This document shows, one piece after another, positions 12,847 to 23,339 of a DNA stretch of 64,000 bases. Position 1 is the stretch's first letter, and each line of letters starts with the position of its first letter. A program made the translations under genes and the position numbers. This DNA is from Mobula hypostoma (Eukaryota), in the NCBI RefSeq assembly GCF_963921235.1, contig NC_086097.1:186498001-186562000 (forward strand), read 5' to 3'. The notes beneath the pieces are model-generated. The model was given only the letters and a program-made list of their open reading frames with translations, did not search any database and was not told where the DNA came from.

Positions 12847-14484
12847 GTGGTGAGATCAAGGAAACTGTACAGATTGAAAAGGAGGAGGTGCCTGCTATCT
12901 TGAGGCAAATTAAAGTGGATAAATCCCCAGGACCTGACAGAGTATTCCCTCGGACCTTGAAGGAGACTAGTGTTGAAATTGTAGGGGCCCTGGCAGATAT
13001 ATTTAAAATGTCGGTGTCTACAGGTGAGGTGCCGAAGGATTGGGGAATGGCTCATGTTGTTCCGTTGTTTAAAAAAGGATGGAAAAGTAATCCGGGAAAT
13101 TAGAGGCCGGTAAATTTGATGTCGGTAGTGGGTAAGTTATTGGAGGGAGTACTAAGAGATGGGATCTTCAAGCATTTGGATAGACAGGGACTTATTAGGG
13201 AGAGTCAACATGGCTTTGCGCGTGGTAGGTCGTGTTTGACCAATCTATTGGAGTTTTTTGAGGAGGTTACCAGGAAAGTGGATAAAGGGAAGGCAGTGGA
13301 TGTTGTCTACATGGACTTCAGTAAGGCCTTGAACAAGGTCCCACATGGAAGGTTAGTTAGGAAAATTCAGTCGCTAGGTATACGTGGAGAGGTGGTAAAT
13401 TAGATTAGACATTTGCTCAATGGAAGAAGCCAGAGACTGGTAGTAGAGAATTGCTTCTCAGAGTGGAGGCCTGTGACTAGTGGTGTGTCACAGGGATCAG
13501 TGCTGGGTCTATTGTTATTTGTCATCTATTTCAATGATCTGGATGATAATGTGGTAAATTGGATCAGCAAATTTGCTGATGATACAAAGATTGAAGGTGT
13601 AGTGGACAGGAGAAAGGTTTTCAAAGCTTGCAGAGGGACTTGGACCAGCTGGAAAAATGGACTGAAAAATGGCAGATGGAGTTTAATATAGGCAAGTGTG
13701 AGGTATTGCATGTTGGAAGGACAAACCAAGGTAGAACATACTGGGTAAATGGTAGGGCACTGAGGAGTGCAGTAGAACACAGGGATCTGGGAATACAGAT
13801 ACAAAATTCCCTAAAAGTGGCGCCACAGGTAGATAGGGTCGTAAAGAGAGCTTTTGGTATATTGGACTTTATTAATCAAAGTATTGAGTATAAGAGCTGG
13901 AATGTTATGATAAGGTTGTATAAGGCATTGGTGAGGCCGAATCTGGAGTATTGTGTTCAGTTTTGGTCACCAAATTACAGGAAGGATATTAATAAGGTTG
14001 AAAGAATGCAGAGAAGGTTTACAAGGATGTTGCCGGGACTTGAGAAACTCAGTTACAGAGAAAGGTTGAATAGGTTAGGACTTTATTCCCTGGAGCGTAG
14101 AAGAATGAGGGGAGATTTGATAGAGGTATATAAAATTATGATGGGTATAGATAGAGTGAATGCAAGCAGTCATTTTCCACTGAGGCAAGGGGAGAAAAAA
14201 ACCAGAGGACATGGGTTAAGGGTGAAGGGGGAAAAGTTTAAAGGGAACGTTGGGTGGGCTTCTTCACACAGAGAGTGGTGGGAGTGTGGAATGAGCTGCC
14301 AGACGAGGTGGTAAATGCGGGTTCTTTTTTAACATTTAAGAATAAGTTGGACAGATACATGGATGGGAGGTGTATGGAGGGATATGGTCCATGTGCAGGT
14401 CAGTGGGACTAGGCAGAAAATGGTTCAGCACAGCCAAGAAGGGCCAAAAGGCCTGTTTCTGTACTGTAGTTTTTCTATGGTTTC
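12847..14484 (+). mobile_element. Relatively young 5'-truncated CR1 (RT domain to tail)
   Basis: ORFs 12798..14314 contain KSPGPD, QHGFARGRSCLTNLLEFFEEVT, VYMDFSKA, KFADDTKI, LEYCVQFWSP; few stops or frameshifts; possible TAA TSD. Confidence 0.95.
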
Positions 14485-16034
14485 TAACAGTAGGCTCCAA
14501 CATCTTTCTAGCCACTGATGACAGGCTAAATAGCCTATAATTTCCTTTCCTCTGACTCCCTCCCTTCTTAAAGAGTAGACTAACATTTGCAAATTTCCAT
14601 TCCTCTGAAATCAGTCCAGAATCTCGTGAATCTTGAAAGATAATTAGTAATGCCTCCATAATTTCTTCAGCTGCCTCTTTTAGAACCCTGGGGTGTAGTC
14701 TATTTGCTCCTGGTGACTTACCTACCTTCAGACTTTTCAGCATCTCAATCATCTTCTACTTAGTAATAGCAATGATACTGTGGCTTTTAGTTGGCCTTTG
14801 TTGGTTTTTAAGTTTCCTAATCCTCTACCTTCCCACTAATTTTTGCTATATTATATGTTCTCTCTGTTTATTTCTTGCTGTCTTTGACTTCCCTTATTAG
14901 CCATGGTTGCCTCAATACTTGTTCACCACTGGGATGTAACTTTCCTGCACTTCATATTGCTCCTAGAAGATTCAGCCATTGCTGTTTTGTCGACAACTTC
15001 CAATTAACTTTGACCAGCTATACTCTCATGCCTCTGCAATTCATATTAGTCCATTGTAATTTTGATAGATCCAATTTTAGATTCTGCTTCTCAAACTGCA
15101 GGGTGAATTGTATCATATTATGATCACTGTGTCCTAAGGGTTCCTTAACCTCAGCTTCCTAATCAGTTTTTGTCATTATACAACACCCAATCCAGAATTG
15201 TCTTTTCCCAATTGTGTTGAACCATAAGCTCGTAACATTCTACAAATTCCCTCTTTTGGGATCCAGCGTCAATCTGATTTTCCCAATCCACCTGCATATT
15301 GAAAACCCCTGTAACAATCACACAATTACTCTTCTTACACGCCTTTTCTGTCTTCCATGGTAATTTGTAGCCCACATCTTGGCTACTGTTTGGAAGTCTG
15401 TAAACAAATCCCATCAGAGTAATTTACCCCTGTAGTTTCTTAACACTACCCACACATCTCCCATACCTGTAATGTACCAACAAAGACAGGTGCATAGGGA
15501 TTCCAACACCTGCAGTTTTCCCCCCAAGTCACACACCATCCTGACTTTGAACTGCATCAATCATCCTCTTTAATTGCTACAGTTTAGATCCTGGAATAAT
15601 GTCAACAGCATTTTGGAAATATTTTCACTGAAAGTGTCTGCAGACAGACAAAGATGAAGCTCACGTACCTCTTTATCAAGGGCAGTTAGTGAAGGGAATA
15701 AGAGCTATCCTAACCAGCAATGACCAAGTCTCAGAAACAAATATATAAAATGCCCAAATCCATTCTTGGTATCTGGTGCCCTGATGATTTTTTTGTTTGT
15801 CCTGCAAGATATGTTCAACTGATTTTATTAAAGTTTGGCTTCTCGTCATTGCTTTATTAAAATCATATGAATTCAAGCAAATCTTCAGCTTGGGGGAGTT
15901 ATCCACAAATCCCAACCTTGAAACCCAAGACGTAGGAGTGTCTGCTGGCAGTATGTTCTCTGCCTCTATCAGTCTGTCAAGCTCAGCCTACAGTTTTACT
16001 TTGATAGCTACTAGAAAACATCTCAGACAATGTA

Positions 16035-16720
16035 CAAATGTCACCATATTCAACCATGAGATTCATTTTCTTGCAGGCATACTCATTAAATAGTTAATAG
16101 GACAATAACCATAACAGAATCAATGAAAGACCACATCCACTTGGGCATTCAACCACGGTGCAAATGACAACAAGCTGCGCAAATACAAAAAGAAAGGAAC
16201 AGTAATAATAAATAAATTAATAATAAATAGCAAGAACATGAAATGAAGAGTCCTTGAAAGTGTGTCCATTGGTTGAGGAAATATTTTATTGATGGAGCAA
16301 GTGAAATTGAATGATGTTATCTCCTCTGGTTCAAAAGCCTGACGGCTGAGGGGTAATAACTATTCCTGAAGCTGGAGATGTGAGTCCTGAGGCTCTTGTA
16401 TCTCCTTCCTAATGGCTGAAGTGGAAGAGAGCATGTCCTGGGTGGTGGGGGTCCCTGATGATGGATGCTGCTTTCCCTTAACAACGCTCCATGTAGATCT
16501 CTTTCATCTTTCCTGGATTCAAGTTTTGTCCACTATTACCACTTTGCCCCGGAGATGGCTTTCTGGAGATTGTACTGGACTTCTTGTTACTTTCTTGGTC
16601 ACCAGGCTTGAATACCTCTGATCTGACCCTCAGCAGATTGCGGATCTCTTAGTTCATCCAGGGCTTCTGGTTGGGGAAGAGTGAATGAGTTTGTGAGGTT
16701 ACAGATATCTATGTCTCTAT
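16035..16720 (-). mobile_element. Rex1-like LINE 3' tail and fragments
   Basis: GAGAGCATGTCCTGGGTGGTGGGGGTCCCTGATGATGGATGCTGC is shared with 550-600 and other Rex1-like copies. Confidence 0.65.
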
Positions 16721-16739
16721 TATCTCTTCTCTTTGGTAA

Positions 16740-17610
16740 GTACAGTATCTAATGCAAACTATTTACTTAGGAAATCACCCACGTCTCTATCTCCAAGTTC
16801 ATGTTCCATTCTTTACACTTTAGTAGTGATACCATTTCCCTAGTTATCCTCTTGCTCTTGAATTATATATAAAATGCTTTTGGATTCTCTTTAGTCCTAC
16901 TTGCAAAGGACTTTTCATGGCTCCTCCTCCTTGAGATCCTTTCTGGCTTCTTTATAATCCTTAAGGATCAGTTTGATTTTAACTTCCTAAGCCTTACATA
17001 CACTTCCTTCTTCTTGACTGAATTCACCATTTCTCTCAACATCAAAAGATGTGGAATGCCCAAAACAGTTGTTCCCATTAATTGGGAGCATGGTCAGTCA
17101 TGCTAGGCCAGGCTCATTCTCTAACAGCAGATGCGGTACAGTCCCTCCTTTTATTGGACCATCCACATGTTGATTTAAGAAACTCTGCTAGATGCAACTC
17201 ACAAATTATGCCCTGTGTAAACCTTTTGCACAAGGAGGTCCAAGTCTATATTAACGAAGTTGAAGCCACCTAATAAAACAAAAAGGTTGTTGTAACACCT
17301 TTACCTTATCTGCCTGTACGTCTGTTCCGCAAAGTCCTGGTAACTATTGGGGGATGGGAAGGGAATATCTTTAGTGTAGTCCATTAGATTAATTACACCT
17401 TTTTTATTTGAGTTCTAGCCAAATAAACTCAGTGGATGAGCCCTCCATTATGTCTCCTCCGTGTTGCAGCTATGATGTTGTCCCTGATGAATGGAGCAAG
17501 TACCCACCCTCCCTAGCCTCTTTTATTTCCTTCTCTGTCTTTTCTAAAACATCAAAAGCCTGACCCTCTGTCAACCAAGTCTCTGTTATGGCCATAACAT
17601 CATAATTCTT
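16740..17610 (-). mobile_element. Old CR1 endonuclease/linker fragments
   Basis: Patchy similarity to the reverse complement of the CR1 region at 62900-63400 and to 1-350. Confidence 0.55.
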
Positions 17611-17639
17611 TCACCTTTGTCTTTACCACAATCTATACC

Positions 17640-19350
17640 GATCAGAGATAACATCTCCACCTTGCTGATAATCAACACTGGTGCTTAGCTCACTGTTCCA
17701 TCATCTCTACACGCATGACAGTGTGGTTTTGCACTACTCAAATGCCATCTATAAATTTACTGATGACGCAATTATTTGTAACCAGGTGACCATCAGATCT
17801 CATTCAGTATCGTTAAAAGTGTACTTAGGCAGCCATCTGGGTAATGCTAGAATAGTTGTCTGTGCCTTTAAGGGAGACGGTGATGTCATTATGCACGCGC
17901 GGGGTAGTGAGGAGATCATTTTGCTTTCTGCTGAAGACATGGTAAGGTGTTGGAATTGGGGTTCTTCTCAGAATGTGCTGAGCATGGTGAGGAAAGGTGA
18001 GCAATAATTGACAATATCCATGTGAATTTGTTTATGCTTGTTGGCGGATCGAGAATATCGGTAATTTGACATTATTTTACATGTGGATGCTCCACGGGTG
18101 AAGAAATCGATGCTGGGTAGTGTGGTTTATATCAAGTTCCTCACCATCCAAGTAGGTCAGTCTTCCTGTAATTTAACTCCCAGGCAATACCTTGTAAAAG
18201 TTGTGCCAAAGTGTACCTTTTGTCTAACTTTATTGTAACAGGACTGATTGTGCATGTAACCGCGTAACGTGAATGTTTAGTCTCTGTTTAGAAGTTCAGC
18301 ACATGTGTACATTTTAGATGAGATGTATTTGCTTACATTTTTTGCTGTTATGTATAAGATGCAGGGTGGGTGGGGTTCTAATGTTGTGTGTATTGTGTTC
18401 CTTCAGGATTGCCACTACCGTATTTGTACCGTATTAGTACCGTATTAGTCCTGGTGTTTTTTATACTGCATACACAATTCTGTCCATACACAAGGGTGTG
18501 GATCGAAAGTTCAACTGAGATTGTAACGGCAAGAACTGGTTGTAAATTTGTTTGTTTTGTTTCGCGACCCTCTACTGGCACTTAAACGTCGAAAACCAAT
18601 AAAGGAATTAAAACCCGAAAAAGTCTTTGTTGTTCTGAGCATGTGCTTTTCCCCAGGCTACATATTGTTGGCAGAAATTTAGATGGTGACAAGAAGATGT
18701 ACAGGAGTGAGCAGGATGAGCTGGTTGAGTGGTGTCGCAACACAACCTTACACTCAATGAGAGTGAGACCAAAGAACTGATAGTGGCCTTTAGAAAAGGT
18801 AAGACAAGGCAACACACACCAGTCCTCATCAAGGGATCAGAAGTGGAAAGAGTGAACAATCTCAAGTTCCCTCGTATCAACTTCTCTGAGGATTTATCCT
18901 GGGCCCAATATATCGATACAGTTACAAGGAAGGCACAACAGCAACTATATTCTATTTGGATTTGATATGTCACCAAAGAGACTTGCAAATTTCTACAGGT
19001 GTACTGTGCAAAGCATTCTAACTGGCTGCATCGCCGTCTGGTATGGTGGGGTTGGGGCGTAGCACAAGATCAAAATAAACTGCAGGAAGTTATAAATTCA
19101 GTCAGCTCCAACATGGGCACTAGCCTTCCCAGTATCCAGGACAAAAGGTGGCATCCATCATTAAGGACCCTGATCATCCAGGACAAGCCGTCTCCTCATT
19201 GCTACAAACAGGAAGGAGATACAGGAGACTGAAGGTACATACGCAACAATTCAGGAACAGCTTCTTCCCTTCCGCTATCAGATTTCTGAATGGGCATTGA
19301 ACCCATGAACACTACTTCACTACTTTTTTCCTTTTTGAACTACTTAATTT
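17640..19350 (+). mobile_element. Rex1/Babar-like LINE RT and tail, interrupted by solo LTR 17777-18662
   Basis: LYTHDSVVLHYSNAIYKFTDDA before the insertion; NLTLNESETKELIVAFRKGK..SEDLSWAQYID after it. Confidence 0.85.
17777..18662 (+). mobile_element. Solo LTR (886 bp) with perfect 4-bp TSD
   Basis: TATT|TGTAACCAGG...CCAGGCTACA|TATT; imperfect inverted termini; AATAAA at ~18598; host LINE continues on both sides. Confidence 0.85.
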
Positions 19351-19360
19351 AAATATATAT

Positions 19361-20355
19361 AAGACCATAAGACAAAGGAGCAGAAGTCGGCCATTCAGCC
19401 CATCGAGTCTGCTCCGCCATTTTATCATGAGTTGATCCATTCTCCCACTTAGTCCCACTCCCCCGACATCTCAACATAACCTTTGATGCCCTGGCTACTC
19501 AGATAACTATTAATCTCTGCCTTAAATACACCCAATGACTTGGCCTCTACTGCCACCCGTGGCAACAAATTCCATAGATTCACCGCCCTCTGGCTAAAAA
19601 AATTTCTTTGCATCTCTGTTCTGAATGGGCGCCCTTCAATCCTTAAGTCATGCCCTCTCGTACTAGACTCCCCCATCATGGGAAACAACTTTGCCACATC
19701 CACTCTGTCCATGCCTTTCAACAATCAAAATGTTTCTATGAGGTCCCCCTCATTCTTCTAAACTCCAAGGAATACAGTCCAAGAGCGGACAAACGTTCCT
19801 CATATGTTAACCCTCTCATTCCCGGAATCATTCTAGTGAGTCTTTCTGTACCCTTTCCAACATCCGCACATCCTTTCTTAAATAAGGAGCCCAAAACTGC
19901 CCACAGTATTCCAAGTAAGGTCTTTCCAGCGCCTTATAGAGCCTCAACATCACATCCCTGCTCCTATACTCTAATCCTCTAGAAATGAATGCCAACATTG
20001 CATTCGCCTTCTTCACCACCGACTCAACCTGGAGGTTAACCTTAAGGGAATCCTGCACAAGGATTCCCAAGTCCCTTTGCATCTCAGAACTTTGAATTCT
20101 CTCCCCATTTAAATAATAGTCTGACCGTATATTCCTTCTGCCAAAGTGCATAACCATACACTTTCCAACATTGTATTTCATTTGCCACTGCTGCTCTGCC
20201 ATCCTTCCCGCTAATGTCCCTTTCCAGTCAACTTTGGCCAGTTCCTCTCTCATGCCACTGTAATTTGCTTTACTCCACTGAAATACTGACACATCGGATT
20301 TTGGCTTCTCTTTTTCAAATTTCATAGTCAACTCAATCAGGTTATGATCACTGTA
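19361..20355 (-). mobile_element. Young CR1 with large internal deletion
   Basis: ORF 19828..20406 fuses DHNLIELTMKFEKEKPK...MAEQQW directly to QMKYNVGKCMVMHFG; intact 3' tail. Confidence 0.9.
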
Positions 20356-21926
20356 ATTTGCAGTTTTTATTATTATGTATTGTAATGTACTGATATTGCA
20401 TAACAATGAATTTCATGACATATGCCAATGATATTAACCTGATTCTGATTCTGAAACAAATTAATCTCAGACTAAGTAGAGATAATTAGTAAATTAGTTT
20501 ATTATTGCCATATGTACTGAGACAGTGAAAAAACATGGTTTTGCATGGCTTCCGTACAGATAATTTCATTACAATGGTGCACTGAGGTAGGACAGCCTCA
20601 CCCACCTTAGCAGTCACCTATTCACTAAATTGCCATCAGGGAGATGCTACAAGTCCATCACCACCAGGATTATGCATCATCTATGAAGTTTCTTTCCTGT
20701 TGCTATCCAGCTTCTCTGCAAAACTCACTCTGGTGTAATACCCTGTCTCTGTACAACATCCTTCAAATGGTCTTCCCTGCTCTTGTTCTGTTGATAATTA
20801 TTGTGCTTGATCATATATTCACATTAATTTAATTTGATTATTGATATTTGCGCATGTGACTGTTTTGTTAATTATTGATTGCTCATGGCTGTTTGCACTA
20901 CCGTCTCGTAAATTGTTGGTTGCTATTGTGTTGTCTGTTATGGTATTGTCCTATGTTTTATGTTTGGCACTGAACCACAATCAATTCTCATATGTCTCAC
21001 AAACTGGCAATAAAGTGATTCTGAACAACAACAGGATATAGAATAAAAGCTGTAGTGTCAGAAAGAGTGCAGTATAGTCAGACAATAAGAAGGCATTTTA
21101 ATCTTCTGCTAATTAGGAGGAGGGAGAAGAGAGAATGTCCGGGGTGGGTAAGAAATTTGACTATATTAGCTGCTTTGCCAAGACTGCAAGATATTTGTTC
21201 TGGAAACAAAGATTTTCTCTGGAGAATTCAACCTTTAATTGTTCTTTTTCACTTATAAGACATATGGGATAGGTGACTCTTCACTGTTTGTCATCATTTT
21301 ACTTCACTGCTAAATCAGGGTCTGCTGCTGTCAGGATCTGAGCTCCTAGCTGGTAACGTTAAACTGAGTGACAGTTGATCTTCCATTCATTGCCTTACCC
21401 TTTTCCTTTGATGAAGAAGCCAGTCACAAATATTGTCTGTCTGAAAGTAAAAGGACACAACTTCTGTGGTGACAGAAATATTTGGCAGGGGTGGAGAGAG
21501 TGGAAGTCACAGAAAGTAATATGTTTATAAAATCTGCTGCTTTTATTGATTGTAGAAGGGGGACAAAATGTGACAAAGAGGAGCAGGAATTTGGATGCTT
21601 CCATCCCTCATTTCTGAGCTACATCCTATGACCACAGGCACAATAACTGCTTTCTCCATGAGGGCCATAATGCTGTGACTGCGACTGACTGCAGCCTGAT
21701 ATCTTCAGTTCTGCATTGCCTTGTCTTGTACAAGAAATTTATTTTGTAGCAGTAGTACTGAACAAAGACATTAAATTACAAAAATAAAGAAATAATACCA
21801 TAAAAGGGATAACAAGATAGTCTTCATAGATTCACGGTTGGGATTGTTCTTGAGGAGATTGAAGGCATAAGAGAGATGAATAACCTGTTTGAAATAACTT
21901 GGAAAATGTGCAGCTCGGGTGGTTGA

Positions 21927-22055
21927 TGGTTGGGTTGAGTTGCTCTCAGATCTTGGCAATCCATTTGCAAATGGTTCGTCACTATACGAGGGGAGGTATA
22001 ATGACAAAACATCTGCAAATGATTGCCAAGATCGGAGAACAACTCAACCCAACCA
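21927..22055. repeat. Inverted repeat / hairpin, ~60-bp arms with 8-nt loop
   Basis: 21927-21987 is the near-perfect reverse complement of 21996-22055; AATAACCTGTTT direct repeats at 21879-21890 and 22055-22066. Confidence 0.92.
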
Positions 22056-22089
22056 ATAACCTGTTTCTTTAATGGAGAGGTTAGTAATT

Positions 22090-23325
22090 ACAAGTCAAAT
22101 TTCCAAAGTTCAAAGTAAATATTATTATCAAAGTACATATACATGTCCAACCCTGAGTTGATATGTTTCATCACCAGCCTCTCAATATATTTAATCACTG
22201 TGGAAGTAAGTGCTACTGGATGATAGTCACTGAGACAGGTCACCACAATATTCTTGGGCACTGGTATAATTGAAGCCTTCTTGAAACAGGTGGGTACCAT
22301 ATACTGCCATAGTGAGAGGTTAAAGATCTCAGTGAACACATCAGTTGATCAGTACAGGTCTTTGATATATCACCCCGGATTCACCCTCCTGGAGGCATAT
22401 TGGATTCTGAGACTTAAATCGTACAACAGGCACTCATTTCTCTCCAATACAACAATCTTGCCCTCACGCCAATTTTGTTCTCCAGTGACTGCATATTTGC
22501 CAACAAGATGCTGGGTAGAGGGGGCCTCATCCCTCTGCGCTTCAGCTTGGCTTGGATTGCCCTTCCTGCCTGGCTTCCAGTCATGGTGGTGAACTTTGGT
22601 CCTTTGAAATGTGCCATACCTGACTGAGCCACTGAGACCTTCAAACAAATCATGAGATCTGTAGTTCAATAAGTCGATTTAAAAGTACATTGCTTGAGGA
22701 AAGTTACATATTTCAGATTGCAGTGAGAGTAATTCGGAAGAGGTATATTTAAAAGAATATTTAGAACTATTGTCTGTAGCTTGGAACCATCTTCTTAGGT
22801 TTAAGACAAATAATCACCAACAGTCATTGAAAGAGAAGGATACCACACGAGGCAGAGAGGCCTACCTGTCTGCACAGCAATACACACAGCAATAGGCCAC
22901 TCTCAGATTCCTTCTCCACAGTGATTAAAAAGAAGGCAGTCGGCACTGAACTCCCATTCACCTTCGCCATTCGCCTTGATGTCTCAATGTTCCTCGACAT
23001 TTTAATCGGTAATAAATGGGCGCTTTAACCTGCGAACTGGAGTCAAGTGTTAGCTCATGCCCCGTCTCGAAGTTTCTTTGCATTAAGGCCATCTGAGTAA
23101 GCATTTGCTTCCCAGAATCTTCTCATATCTAGCCAAGTGCTGGATCACTCAAGTCATCTTCAGGCTGTAAATTGCAGGCTCTAAAGGTCCCAGAAACACA
23201 TTTAAGGTGAAAAACAGGTGTAAAAGAAGTAAAAAAAGACATTTTTGTGAGCTATCTTGAAGATGTCGACTGAGGGAGCATTGTATGCTGGTGCCATCTT
23301 GACCAGACGTGGCACCATCTTGATT
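22090..23325 (-). mobile_element. Rex1-like LINE fragments including 5' region, internally deleted
   Basis: ORF 22088..22339 FTEIFNLSL..VPTCFKKASIIPVPK..DYHPVALTS; ORF 22414..22653 RPPLPSILLANMQSLENK; AAGATGG starts on minus strand near 22790 and 23300. Confidence 0.8.
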
Positions 23326-23339
23326 GGATGTATCAATGT

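Larger units (their letters stand above)
10822..15440 (-). mobile_element. Long decayed CR1 (ORF2 endonuclease to tail), interrupted by a solo LTR (11366-12155) and a younger CR1 (12847-14484)
   Basis: Collinear minus-strand ORFs: 15163..15414 VYRLPNSSQDV..VIVTGVFNMQVDW; 14336..14752 KSPGANRLHPRVLKE; 12378..12680 FVAKFADD; tail at 10822-10870. Confidence 0.85.
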
